A stretch of 64,000 nucleotides of DNA from a virus: positions 10,019 to 74,018 of IMG/VR virus record IMGVR_UViG_3300035492_000103. One strand, 5' to 3'. Position numbers and translations under genes: made by a program. Below the pieces are notes generated by a model. That model was not told where the DNA came from, did not search any database, and worked only from the letters and a program-made list of their open reading frames with translations. Positions 20,986 through 31,272 of the stretch are shown in pieces (positions within the stretch are counted from its first letter, which is position 1; every line of letters starts with the position of its first letter).

Positions 20986-22191
20986 ATGTCAAAATACAGT
21001 CGTAGTGGTCAATATCAACTTGTACGTTGTGTTGTAACAACACAGGGAGATAAACCAACAGAATTGGACCTAGCAAACTCATTTAGTGACATAACAGTAT
21101 ATGAATCCATTATCGACAAAACTATGTCCGGATCAGTTAGTTTTGTAGATACAAATAACATTGTGAATATCTATGGTTTAGGTCATGGTGAATTAGTTGA
21201 ATTGGAATGGTTTACAATGGGTATGGACAGTAATCCAATAAAATATTCTGGTAGGGTATATGATATTACTGGTCCTGGTCCAATAAACGACCATGCTTCT
21301 GGATTTACTCTACATTTCATGTCGGAAGAGGTTTATAAATCACTATCAGAAAGAGCTTATTCTGGTCATAATGACACGATTGACAATATAATCAAAGAAC
21401 TATTCAAGAAAGTGAAATCTGAAAAACCTATTGTAATTGAACCAACAAAATACCTAGAGAATATTGTATTCACTGGAGATAGAATTTTTGACGCGATATC
21501 TGATTGTGCAAAAATGTCTGTATCTTCATCTGGTGATTACAGTTATACATTCTTTGAAAACAATCAACAGTTCAATTTTGTCCCTTTAGCTAATTTGTAC
21601 AAACAGGAACCAGTTGTTGAATTTACATATCAGAGTCAACCTGCATATGATAATGTAAAGAATGCTCAAGAGGAGTCATTTACAGTCTTTCAGGATTTTG
21701 AATTACAAGATAACAATAAGCATATAGATGACATCATGTCTGGTTTGCATGGTGTTACATCTAATCATATTTCATTGAAACATAAATTTGTAGAGACATA
21801 TACGGATTCAAGATCGGAAACTCATAAACCTAATTTGAGTAAATATCCGTTTCACTTGAATATGAAACCAAATTATAATTATGTCATTAATGTTTCTGCT
21901 AATGTTCTACCGAGACAAGCTGAAGTAGATGGAGCAAAAAACTTCATTGATAGATTTGCAATAGGCACAATAACCATCTCTGCTGGTATATATGGTAATT
22001 CATCATTAAAGGTTGGTGATATATGCATAGCAAATATTCCTTCATATTCAAGTAAAGATTTCACTCAAGAACATTTTGACCCCATTTCAGGTAAATTCCT
22101 AATTGCAGAGATTAAACATCTATTGACGTCCAAAATATATAACCAAAGATTGTTATTATTAAAAGATGGATTCGAGGAGACATTAGGATGA
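20986..22191 (+). CDS. Baseplate hub (gp27-like)
   Basis: Position between gp53 and gp5; YESI....SG, GNSSLKVGD, SGKFLIAEIKH. Confidence 0.75.
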   Translation: MSKYSRSGQYQLVRCVVTTQGDKPTELDLANSFSDITVYESIIDKTMSGSVSFVDTNNIVNIYGLGHGELVELEWFTMGMDSNPIKYSGRVYDITGPGPINDHASGFTLHFMSEEVYKSLSERAYSGHNDTIDNIIKELFKKVKSEKPIVIEPTKYLENIVFTGDRIFDAISDCAKMSVSSSGDYSYTFFENNQQFNFVPLANLYKQEPVVEFTYQSQPAYDNVKNAQEESFTVFQDFELQDNNKHIDDIMSGLHGVTSNHISLKHKFVETYTDSRSETHKPNLSKYPFHLNMKPNYNYVINVSANVLPRQAEVDGAKNFIDRFAIGTITISAGIYGNSSLKVGDICIANIPSYSSKDFTQEHFDPISGKFLIAEIKHLLTSKIYNQRLLLLKDGFEETLG

Positions 22192-23144
22192 TTAATCACT
22201 TAAATGGGACATTGTTCTTTGGTAAAGTTGAAGATGTAAATGATCCAGACAAGTTAGGTCGTGTTAGAGTTAGGGTATTTGTATACAATAGTCCTAACAA
22301 AGGCATATTGCCAACAGAAGTATTAAAATGGTTTCCTATTGTTAATTCCAATACAGAATCATTGAATGGTGTTGGTACAAGTCCAACAGGTTTCTCTGTA
22401 GATTCATTTGTGTTTGGTTTTTATATTGACGAATTTAGACAACAGGGTTTAATTATTGGTTCAATCTCTGGAATATCAGAAGATGGTACTATTAATGATG
22501 TGAATGTTCTTGCTAGAGGAGAACAATCTGAACATATTGACAGTTTAAAACAGACAGTTAAAACAGATGTTCCAACTGCATCTGGTTCATCGTGGTCAGA
22601 GCCAGAAACTCCTTATGCAACCGTTTATCCGATGAATAAAGTAATACAGACAAAATCTGGTCATATTATTGAATTGGATGACACTGATGGTGCAGAACGA
22701 TTAAAAATATTTCACAAATCTGGAACCATGAGTGAAATACACATGGATGGTACATCTGTCAACAGAGTTGTTTCAGATAACTATGATATCATTACTGGTT
22801 CAAATTATGTTGCAATAGATGGTAATTGTAATGTATTTGTATTAGGCGACAATGATGTAAAAATTGAAGGTAAATCAACACATGATATTGCCGGAGATAC
22901 TGTAATTCGGGCACCAAAGATTCAATTAGGGGAAGATGGTAATGTTGAACCTTCTGTATTAGGAAATCAACTTGCAAATTGGATAGAATCTGAACTGGTA
23001 CCTTGGTTAAATAAACACAATCATATCAGTTCAAGTCCAGGGTCACCTACTTCACCAGCCAGAGTTGGTCCAGCGGGTAGATTTTTCCCTGGTACGGGAG
23101 GTAAAGGTGGCGGAGTATATTCTAAAGTTAATACGAATCAGTAG
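22188..23144 (+). CDS. 5: Baseplate spike gp5-like (OB fold plus beta-helix, no lysozyme domain)
   Basis: VEDVNDPDKLGRVRVRV; YPMNKV..TKSGHIIELDDT.G.ER; C-terminal HNH..PGSPT. Confidence 0.85.
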   Translation: MINHLNGTLFFGKVEDVNDPDKLGRVRVRVFVYNSPNKGILPTEVLKWFPIVNSNTESLNGVGTSPTGFSVDSFVFGFYIDEFRQQGLIIGSISGISEDGTINDVNVLARGEQSEHIDSLKQTVKTDVPTASGSSWSEPETPYATVYPMNKVIQTKSGHIIELDDTDGAERLKIFHKSGTMSEIHMDGTSVNRVVSDNYDIITGSNYVAIDGNCNVFVLGDNDVKIEGKSTHDIAGDTVIRAPKIQLGEDGNVEPSVLGNQLANWIESELVPWLNKHNHISSSPGSPTSPARVGPAGRFFPGTGGKGGGVYSKVNTNQ

Positions 23145-23205
23145 GAAACTACTGACATCAATAAATAGACCAAAATATAGACAGGAAGATTCCGAGGATT
23201 TTAAG

Positions 23206-23634
23206 ATGAATACAATTATATTAGAAAGAGCTTATACCGATATTGCAACAATAGGTAAAATGCGATTTCCATCTGGACTTGTTTTAGATACCATTGAGTT
23301 ACCATGGAAAGATAATGAACAAATGGTTTCATGTATTCCACCTGGTCAATATGTTATGTCAAAAAGACAATCTGGTGTTGTTAATCGTACATCTAAAGGT
23401 AAATATACTATTGGATGGGAAGTGACAAAAGTCCAAAATAGAACATTTATTATGGTGCATATTGGAAACACTGCATCAAATTTTGAAGGTTGTATTGGTG
23501 TTGGTTTAGGTCTTGGTGTTGTTAATGGTACTTGGGCAATATTAAATAGTGCAAAAGCGTTTGACTTATTCATGGACGAAATGACCAAACATGAAGATTG
23601 GAATATTATAATCAGAACAAGGACTGTAGAATGA
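23206..23634 (+). CDS. DUF5675-like protein
   Basis: TIELPW..N...SCIPPG.Y, R.FI..H.GN......GCI.VG; start MNTIIL at 23206. Confidence 0.75.
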   Translation: MNTIILERAYTDIATIGKMRFPSGLVLDTIELPWKDNEQMVSCIPPGQYVMSKRQSGVVNRTSKGKYTIGWEVTKVQNRTFIMVHIGNTASNFEGCIGVGLGLGVVNGTWAILNSAKAFDLFMDEMTKHEDWNIIIRTRTVE

Positions 23635-23999
23635 AAGATATAGACTTTTCATTTAAACCACATCCATTAACCGGTGATATTGCCACAAAATCTGGTAATT
23701 CTGCTGTGCAACAATCCTTGAGGAATTTGATTAGGACAAATTTCTATGATAGAGGATTTAATGTTGAAGTTGGTTCAAATATTGATTTTTCTTTATTCGA
23801 GAACATAACATCTTTAACACAACAACAGTTGAAAGATAATATCACCAATGTGATTCAAAACTTTGAACCAAGAGTTTCATTAATTGATGTAGCAGTAAAA
23901 CAAGTTGGTGATAATGACTTGTCAGTTACTCTATATTATACTGTTTTGAATAATCCTTCTGAACAAGTACTAACTATAGATTTGTCTGTGATAAGGTAA
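23631..23999 (+). CDS. 25: Baseplate wedge gp25
   Basis: DIDFSFKPHPLTGDI, QNFEPRV; start at 23631. Confidence 0.9.
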   Translation: MKDIDFSFKPHPLTGDIATKSGNSAVQQSLRNLIRTNFYDRGFNVEVGSNIDFSLFENITSLTQQQLKDNITNVIQNFEPRVSLIDVAVKQVGDNDLSVTLYYTVLNNPSEQVLTIDLSVIR

Positions 24000-24035
24000 T
24001 AAATAGTCATAGTTGAGATAAATCGGATTCCTACT

Positions 24036-25763
24036 ATGACTACAAATATCAATTTAACAAGCTATGATCCAGACGACCTGAAGGCAAGTCTGATTGAATT
24101 TTATCAGTCAAGACCGGGGTTCGAGGACATCAATTACGAAGGTTCTGCGATCAACACGATCATAGACAACCTTGTAAGAAACACTCACTATATTGCATAT
24201 ATGGCAAATATTGTTGCTACTGAGTCATTTTTAGATTCTGCAATCATTCGTTCAAATATTGTGAGTCATGCACAAAAATTGTCATATACTCCTAAATCAA
24301 GAACTGCATCGACAATTATTTGTGATTTAACCGTTATTCCTTCAAATACGCCGTCATTAGCATCTATTGTTGCTCCTAAAGGCTCAACATTTATCAATAC
24401 TGTTGCAGGTATCGCATATTCCTTTATTAATACTGATGATGTTATTCTGTCTTTGAACAGTGAAGGTAGATATGTAGCAAAAAATGTTGAATTAAAACAG
24501 GGTAACTTATCACGTGAACAATTTCTTTATAATAGACAATTAGGTAAAGTTGTCATTAGTAATAAAGATGTTGATACGTCAACTCTAAGAGTTTTTTACA
24601 AACCTAGCCAATCAAGTGTTTCAAGAATTGAATTAAATCTGAATAGAAATATCACAGAATTAAATGAAACGAGTTCAGTTTATTTCTTACATGAAAACAC
24701 TCGCGGTAATTATGAAATTGAATTTGGTAAAGATATTCTAGGTTTTGAACCACTTGAATTATCTGTTATAGAAGTTGAATATGTTGTAGTTGAACAGGAC
24801 CACGCAAATGGTTTAAACACATTATTTGCAGCTTCATCTATTAGTGGTTATGCAAATATTCAAGTGTCAGTGAAAACTCCTGCTTTTGGTGGTGCAGAGA
24901 AAGCAAGTAATGACATGATTAAATTTCTTGCTCCTAAAATTTATGAAGCTCAAGAAAGAGCAGTTAGAGCTCAAGATTTTGCTAGCTTGATGTTACGAGA
25001 TTTTCCATTTTTGAAATCTGCAATAGCTTGGGGTGGTGAAGATAATGTTCCACCTTATTATGGTAGAGTATTCCTTTCCGCTGTTCCACAAGAAGGTTTC
25101 ACAGTTGTAGATAGTATCAAATCTGTTATTCAAAACAGAATGAAACAATACAGTATGTTACAGACTGAATTGGTTGACGTCCAGTATATCGGAGTCGATT
25201 TAAGTATTGGTATCATATATCTACCATCAAGGACAAACAAGACGTTCACACAGTTATCTGCAGATATTTTAGCGGTTGTTGATGACTACAAAGATGAGAT
25301 TAAAACATTTGATAAATGGTTCAACAACAGTTTATTAGTTGGTAAGATCAAGGCTAAAATACCTGCTATCCAATCAGTAGAAATTATACCAAGTATGTTT
25401 CTTGAGCATTCTATTCAAGTTGCTCAGGATACATTGTACACATTAGAGTTCAACAATAAAGTTGTACCTAAAACATTCTTAATTGAAAATATTAATTTGG
25501 ATGCTTTTGGATCAGACCAAAAAATCTATGATGATGGTAATGGAAATATCATATCAAGTGTTATTGTTAATAACATCCAAAGAGTGAATACAATAGGTTC
25601 AATTAACTATGAAACTGGTTATGTTTCATTTAATACATTATTTGTATCTGGAACAGTATTTAAAGCTACAGTAAAATGTAATACAGATAACGTATACACT
25701 GTGAGAAACAGTGTTGTGAATATCAATAGTTCATCTGTATATGTTATGCGCCAAGGGAGTTAA
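24036..25763 (+). CDS. 6: Baseplate wedge gp6
   Basis: DYNFEGS-like DINYEGSA, ESFLDSA..RSNIVSHA..LSYTPKS, RAVRAQDF, WGGED. Confidence 0.92.
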   Translation: MTTNINLTSYDPDDLKASLIEFYQSRPGFEDINYEGSAINTIIDNLVRNTHYIAYMANIVATESFLDSAIIRSNIVSHAQKLSYTPKSRTASTIICDLTVIPSNTPSLASIVAPKGSTFINTVAGIAYSFINTDDVILSLNSEGRYVAKNVELKQGNLSREQFLYNRQLGKVVISNKDVDTSTLRVFYKPSQSSVSRIELNLNRNITELNETSSVYFLHENTRGNYEIEFGKDILGFEPLELSVIEVEYVVVEQDHANGLNTLFAASSISGYANIQVSVKTPAFGGAEKASNDMIKFLAPKIYEAQERAVRAQDFASLMLRDFPFLKSAIAWGGEDNVPPYYGRVFLSAVPQEGFTVVDSIKSVIQNRMKQYSMLQTELVDVQYIGVDLSIGIIYLPSRTNKTFTQLSADILAVVDDYKDEIKTFDKWFNNSLLVGKIKAKIPAIQSVEIIPSMFLEHSIQVAQDTLYTLEFNNKVVPKTFLIENINLDAFGSDQKIYDDGNGNIISSVIVNNIQRVNTIGSINYETGYVSFNTLFVSGTVFKATVKCNTDNVYTVRNSVVNINSSSVYVMRQGS

Positions 25764-25766
25764 TAA

Positions 25767-27362
25767 ATGTCTACAATAATTCAGCATAACATTTCTGGTC
25801 AGTTGTCCTCTTATATTCAAGAGGACTATCCTCTTTTTGTAGATTTTCTCAAAGGATACTATGAATGGTTAGAACAAGAAGGGAATCCAGCATCTGTTAT
25901 AAACAATCATTTATCATATTTGGATTTTCAAGAAACAGTAGATGAATATGTTGAATTATTAAAACGTGAATATATTGCTTCTGTACCAGAGTCTGTAATT
26001 GCAGATAAAAGTCTACTGATTAGATATTCAAGGCAGTTTTTTCAAAAAATTGGTACAGAACAATCATTTAAGTTTGTGTTTAAAATTCTGTACGGCGAGG
26101 ACATTGAAATTTATTATCCTCGTGAAGATATGCTTAAACCATCAAACGGTAAATGGTTTGGTACAGAACAGTTGATGCTTATTTCTGATAGAGGTAATGC
26201 TGAACAGCTTCTGTATAGAAATATTGAACAAGTAGTCGAAATAAGTCCTGGTAATATCACTCGTGCTACAGCATCTGTTTCTAAAGTATCAAAGCGTTAT
26301 GTTAATGGTTTTATCTTTGTAGAATTATTCTTAACGGATTTGGTAGGGACATTTGATTACAACTATCCTATTATATCTGGTGAAATTCAAGAATGGATTT
26401 TACCTATAGGTTCAAGTTATAATATCATTTCTGCTGGTATGTCGTATGATATTGACAACAGACTTGAATATAACGGTTCACCTACTTTTACCATTAATTC
26501 TATTTCTCAAAGAGATGGAGAAGTTTCTGGTAGATACACAACAATTTTACAACCATCTGACATTACTGTATTAAAAAATTCTATTCCATTGATTGGTTTT
26601 GAATATAACGGTGAACTAATCAAACATCCAGATATTTTATTGGGTGATACTATTCAAATTGTTTATCCGATTTATTCTGGTTATGTAATAGGAAATGGTT
26701 TAACCAATTCTGGTGGTTTTACAGAAATCAAATTTTTAGATGTACCTTTTGGTATATTAGAACCACAAGAATATTTAGGTTCAAATGGTGGTTCTGGTGC
26801 AGTGATTGAAATATTACCAGGTTCAACAAAAGCAGTAGATGGATATTATGTGGGTTCGGACGGTTTTCTTTCTGATAAAGATAAACTACAGGATTCTGAA
26901 TATTATCAAGACTTTTCTTACGTTATTAAATCAAGTAGAGATATCCAACAATACAGAGACTTGATAACTAATTTAATTCATCCTGCAGGTATGAAGTTGA
27001 TTGGTGAAGTGAATATTCTTGAAATTATCAGATTATTAATCAGAGAGCACACTTTTGATATAAATGTTTTACCTAAATTGGTCACAGTGAATGCAACAGA
27101 CAATAATTTATACACTAGATTGTCATATATTGATGATATGAAATATAAATTAAGTTGTTTTGAATATAGGACACAACACTTCTTAGATGTTATTCCAGGT
27201 GATATTTTTGAAGATTATACTCTACCAGATACAGAACCGTATAATATTGCATTCACCATAGTAGATAGGATCATTGCTGGTGAATACATAGACCCTGGTT
27301 ATATTGTAGATGGTTATTTTGGTAATACAATTTACGAGCGTGATATTTGCGCCCTGAACTAA
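25767..27362 (+). CDS. Baseplate wedge gp7-like
   Basis: FVDFLKGYYEWLE, IGTEQSFKFVFKILYG, QDSEYYQDFSYVIKS, HPAG. Confidence 0.8.
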   Translation: MSTIIQHNISGQLSSYIQEDYPLFVDFLKGYYEWLEQEGNPASVINNHLSYLDFQETVDEYVELLKREYIASVPESVIADKSLLIRYSRQFFQKIGTEQSFKFVFKILYGEDIEIYYPREDMLKPSNGKWFGTEQLMLISDRGNAEQLLYRNIEQVVEISPGNITRATASVSKVSKRYVNGFIFVELFLTDLVGTFDYNYPIISGEIQEWILPIGSSYNIISAGMSYDIDNRLEYNGSPTFTINSISQRDGEVSGRYTTILQPSDITVLKNSIPLIGFEYNGELIKHPDILLGDTIQIVYPIYSGYVIGNGLTNSGGFTEIKFLDVPFGILEPQEYLGSNGGSGAVIEILPGSTKAVDGYYVGSDGFLSDKDKLQDSEYYQDFSYVIKSSRDIQQYRDLITNLIHPAGMKLIGEVNILEIIRLLIREHTFDINVLPKLVTVNATDNNLYTRLSYIDDMKYKLSCFEYRTQHFLDVIPGDIFEDYTLPDTEPYNIAFTIVDRIIAGEYIDPGYIVDGYFGNTIYERDICALN

Positions 27363-27400
27363 TAAATAATGAATAATGTACAGAATTAGGAAATATTCCG

Positions 27401-28969
27401 ATGTTTAGTAATAAAAATAATGTAACAATTCGTGAAGATATTGGTCGTGCAATCACTTATCTTGAAGCGGATAATAATTTCAGAGAATTAAAAAATGTTA
27501 TTGATGATACTTCAATAGCTGCTTCTGCAAGTAAAGTTGTGGCGGCTGGTTATAATGTCGTTCGTAGTTTTGAGTCTGGTGCAACATTAAACGGACCAGG
27601 TGAAGCATTGGTTCAAGTATCTAATCTGAGATTTTATGTTTGGCAAGGCACGTTCCCTAAAACTGTAGGCACAGGTTCCACTCCAGCATCAACTGGTGGT
27701 ATCGGTGCTGGTGCATGGTTAGATGTTACGGAGTCTGAATCTATCCAATCAGGCCAAAAATTAAGCCACTCCCTGTTAATTGGAAGAAATTCTGCAGGTG
27801 CACATAGTGCAGAGGCAATTTCATATTCATCAGGTTCTGTTAAAGATAGATTGGATGCATTAGGTAATGCAGCAAACAGAAATGTTGCTGTGGCAAATGG
27901 TGTTGCATCTTTAGATAGTAATGCAAAAATTCCAACATCACAATTACCAGATACATTCGGTTCTAATGTCCGGAGAGTTGGTTCATGGAATGCTGCTTCT
28001 AATACACCCGCTTTACCAGCCGCTGGTTCAAATACAGGTGCTTATTATGAAGTAACAACCCAAGGTACTTATAACAGTGTCTTATACCGTGTAGGGGATT
28101 GGGTTGTTAGTAATGGTACGTCTTGGAACAGAGTGGTTTCTAATCCGAATGTCCAAACTGTAAATGGTAAAGGTGGTGGCAATGTATCTTTAAATTATAC
28201 GGATTTAGGACTAGGTACAGCATCTTTAGTTAATTTAGGAACCGCGAGTGGTGCAGCAAGTTTAGATTCATCTGGCAGACTTCCAGAGTCGCAATTACCA
28301 ACTTCTGCAGTTTTAACAAGTGGTAACCAATCAATAGCTGGAACTAAAACATTTACATCAACTATTTCTGGTTCTATTTCTGGTAATGCAGCTACAGCTT
28401 CTCAGTTACAAAATTCTGTAACAATTAATGGTATTACATTTACAGGATCTTCAAGTATAACATTACCAACATTGAATACGTCTGGTGATCAATCTGCATC
28501 CGGAATTAAAACATTTACTGATGCCATTGCAATTACAGGTACTGCAAAAGCTGCCGGTAGATTTTATTCTGGAACTACTAACCCAACAAATACTACCAGA
28601 TTAAACTATGATGGTTATTTTTATGCTACCAGACTCTATGCATTATCATCTTTAAGGTATAAAAATGTTGAATTTGTAGACCAACTGGACGAATCATTGC
28701 GTAGAGTTGTTGAAATAGGTTCAAAGGGTGTCTCAGTCGGTCAATATAAATCACACGGTAGAAATCAACAAAATAAAAAGAACCGTTGGTTGATTGCAGA
28801 AGATGTTGCTAAAATTAGTCCAGAAGTCGTTTCATATGACCAAGATGGACAAGTTGGTGCAATGGACTATAGTCAATTAGTTCCAGACCTATACGCTGCT
28901 GTTGCTATGCAACAGAGAATTATAAATGATCTAGTTGAAAGATTACAAGAATTGGAAAATAAAGTATGA
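27401..28969 (+). CDS. Tail fibre with C-terminal intramolecular chaperone
   Basis: EADNNF anchor, internal repeats, SSLRYK cleavage motif, MDYSQL and terminal coiled coil. Confidence 0.85.
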   Translation: MFSNKNNVTIREDIGRAITYLEADNNFRELKNVIDDTSIAASASKVVAAGYNVVRSFESGATLNGPGEALVQVSNLRFYVWQGTFPKTVGTGSTPASTGGIGAGAWLDVTESESIQSGQKLSHSLLIGRNSAGAHSAEAISYSSGSVKDRLDALGNAANRNVAVANGVASLDSNAKIPTSQLPDTFGSNVRRVGSWNAASNTPALPAAGSNTGAYYEVTTQGTYNSVLYRVGDWVVSNGTSWNRVVSNPNVQTVNGKGGGNVSLNYTDLGLGTASLVNLGTASGAASLDSSGRLPESQLPTSAVLTSGNQSIAGTKTFTSTISGSISGNAATASQLQNSVTINGITFTGSSSITLPTLNTSGDQSASGIKTFTDAIAITGTAKAAGRFYSGTTNPTNTTRLNYDGYFYATRLYALSSLRYKNVEFVDQLDESLRRVVEIGSKGVSVGQYKSHGRNQQNKKNRWLIAEDVAKISPEVVSYDQDGQVGAMDYSQLVPDLYAAVAMQQRIINDLVERLQELENKV

Positions 28970-29598
28970 GTTCTGGATTATTCACATCATCTGGTGCAGA
29001 TTTAGATAACGTATTTGAATTTTATTCGAGTGGAACTAAAGTGAGTTCCACCAATATCTTTCACGCGAACGGTAATGATTTGGCTAATGTTTATGCACCA
29101 CTAAGTCAAGGTTCTGCAACTTCTGCTACAAATATCTTTACTGGTAATAGTGACTTATCATCAGTTTTTGCAGCTAAAGGAACTGTATCTGTTTGGGATG
29201 GTAGTCTTGCTTCTGCCACAGATGTATCAGATTCAAGACAAGATGGTGAATTTCCTGGGTACTCTTTGGCAGAAATTCTATTCTTTGCTGATGGTACAAT
29301 TAGGCGCAGAACTGCAGATTCTGAATTAACTTTGGGCAATTGGTCTGGTCTTGTTGCTAATTCAAGTAATACTGAAATTAGATTTGAATTATTATCTTGG
29401 AATGGTATTGGTGGTACAAGCGGTTCTAGTACATCTTATGGTCAAATAAACTCTACCAGAGCATTCTCAATATCTACATCAAGGGGTTTAGCTATGTGCT
29501 CGATTAGAATTTATTTGAAAGAAATTGGAAAAGCTACAACCGTTACAAAAGATATAACATTAACTGCTGCATACACTAGTAGAGATCTTGAACCATAA
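28966..29598 (+). CDS. Tail-fibre-associated protein
   Basis: Three N-terminal G.DL..VF repeats; coupled to fibre. Confidence 0.6.
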   Translation: MSSGLFTSSGADLDNVFEFYSSGTKVSSTNIFHANGNDLANVYAPLSQGSATSATNIFTGNSDLSSVFAAKGTVSVWDGSLASATDVSDSRQDGEFPGYSLAEILFFADGTIRRRTADSELTLGNWSGLVANSSNTEIRFELLSWNGIGGTSGSSTSYGQINSTRAFSISTSRGLAMCSIRIYLKEIGKATTVTKDITLTAAYTSRDLEP

Positions 29599-29622
29599 AA
29601 ATGGGACTTTAAAGTCCCATTT
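29596..29622. terminator. Bidirectional terminator
   Basis: aaatgggact/agtcccattt stem between convergent genes. Confidence 0.75.
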
Positions 29623-30187
29623 GAACAGCTACACAATACCAAGTATCTGCATACAGAACTCTACTGATATCCAATTCTTCAAATTGCGTCCACTTTGTCT
29701 TAAATTTGAATTTGACAGATGCTTTAGACATATTCAAATATTCGTTCCTATCATCTATGAACACATCATTTCCTGTACCAGAATTCACTTTACACTTTTC
29801 TTTGGTTGCAATAAATGAATAAGGTGCTGTGATAAATCTACGCAGGAAGTTGTGCTTTGATTTTGAGTGTTGTCCCTTACAATGACTAACAAATACAATT
29901 TCATAACCCCTGTTATACATTTTCTGTATAACTTCTACTGCACCTGGTAGTGGTTGCATCCAGTCATATATACCAGGATACCGCCACCAATCCATAGGAT
30001 CAATTTTTAATTTGGCTAAATCTTCTTTATAAAATTTACCAATATTATAATCCCAGTTCAGATCATCAGCTGTATCAGTTCTATTTGTCATAGCATTCAA
30101 CCAAGCTAACCAACCATTAGGTCCTGTAACAGAATCAACAACAGTAAGGTCTATATCTACTATGAAATAAGGTTTACTCTGATTCAT
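29609..30187 (-). CDS. 5'(3')-deoxyribonucleotidase (HAD)
   Basis: VDIDLTVVD, PLPGAVEV, FIDDR. Confidence 0.8.
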   Translation of the reverse strand: MNQSKPYFIVDIDLTVVDSVTGPNGWLAWLNAMTNRTDTADDLNWDYNIGKFYKEDLAKLKIDPMDWWRYPGIYDWMQPLPGAVEVIQKMYNRGYEIVFVSHCKGQHSKSKHNFLRRFITAPYSFIATKEKCKVNSGTGNDVFIDDRNEYLNMSKASVKFKFKTKWTQFEELDISRVLYADTWYCVAVQMGL

Positions 30188-30446
30188 TTGGATTACTCTG
30201 CTTTAACGATTGGAGTGCAGTTATCATTTCATCAATAGCTGCTTCATATTTGAATGCAATAACAGTAAAAAATGTTGGTTCACCATCTACCATTTTACTG
30301 ATGATGATACCTGGTAGATTTAACACATCAGAACCTTCGCTCCTAAAATGTGTAGTCAGTAACAAATCCGATGTATCCAATAAGATACCAGACTCATTTT
30401 CTTTCATTTGTTCTACAATATTATCCAATATTTCTTTATCAATCAT
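30174..30446 (-). CDS. Hypothetical protein
   Basis: 90 aa in operon. Confidence 0.55.
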   Translation of the reverse strand: MIDKEILDNIVEQMKENESGILLDTSDLLLTTHFRSEGSDVLNLPGIIISKMVDGEPTFFTVIAFKYEAAIDEMITALQSLKQSNPNESE

Positions 30447-30448
30447 TG

Positions 30449-30859
30449 TTATTGCTCCTTTAATCGTTTACGGAGTTCTGAACTGGAAAATCTATGTCGC
30501 CGTTTGTTGAAATAGAATTCCATATCCAGGTCATTTCCGGAGAAATTCGTATTTTTGTACTCTTCTCCCAAAATTCGAATATTTACAGATTTTAATTTAA
30601 TAATATCGAGTAAATCTTCTTCTGTTTCATAAGGAATTACCTCATCCACAAATTTAACAGCAGCTAGTTGAATATACCTTTCAACTACAGATTGGATAGG
30701 TTTATTTTTTGTCTGCCTTTCTACTGCTGGATTCACGTGTAAAGCAGCAATTAGATAATCACATTGCTCTTTTGCTTCGCGAAGCATTTCTACGTGACCA
30801 ACATGTAGTAAATCGAATGCTGATGCAGTAATACCTATTTTCATTCTACAGTATTCCAA
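30449..30859 (-). CDS. Cytidylyltransferase (TagD / glycerol-3-phosphate CT-like)
   Basis: AFDLLHVGH, ERYIQL..VKFVDEVIPY, SSSELR. Confidence 0.85.
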   Translation of the reverse strand: MEYCRMKIGITASAFDLLHVGHVEMLREAKEQCDYLIAALHVNPAVERQTKNKPIQSVVERYIQLAAVKFVDEVIPYETEEDLLDIIKLKSVNIRILGEEYKNTNFSGNDLDMEFYFNKRRHRFSSSELRKRLKEQ

Positions 30860-31272
30860 ATTTGAGATGCAACTTTACGGCCAACAATTAAATTATTCTG
30901 AATGGACCAATCTGCAATATATGACATAAACTGACCAATCTTAGCATCTGGATTACTGATTTTATAACCAATAATCATATGTTCAAGACGCATATTGTCC
31001 AATTCTGCAGGCATATATGAATTGATTTTATTCAACTCTGTAGTTAATTGTGCAACAGAACGTCCATTCTGTTGATAGATGTCAATAGTTTGTTCAATAG
31101 TACCTTTGTACTTTTTCAACATTCTAATGACACCTTGGTCGTCTGTAGTTTTATTTTGTTGTAAATCACCCAATAGTGTTGTTAGTAGATTTACCGTTAC
31201 TGTATCTTTTGTTTTACGAGCTTCAATTTGCTCAGTTTTAATTCTTTCGTAAATGCTCATATTATTATCCAA
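30841..31272 (-). CDS. YqeY/GatB-like protein
   Basis: IK.EQIEARK.KD, ELNKINSYMP.EL. Confidence 0.65.
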   Translation of the reverse strand: MDNNMSIYERIKTEQIEARKTKDTVTVNLLTTLLGDLQQNKTTDDQGVIRMLKKYKGTIEQTIDIYQQNGRSVAQLTTELNKINSYMPAELDNMRLEHMIIGYKISNPDAKIGQFMSYIADWSIQNNLIVGRKVASQIWNTVE

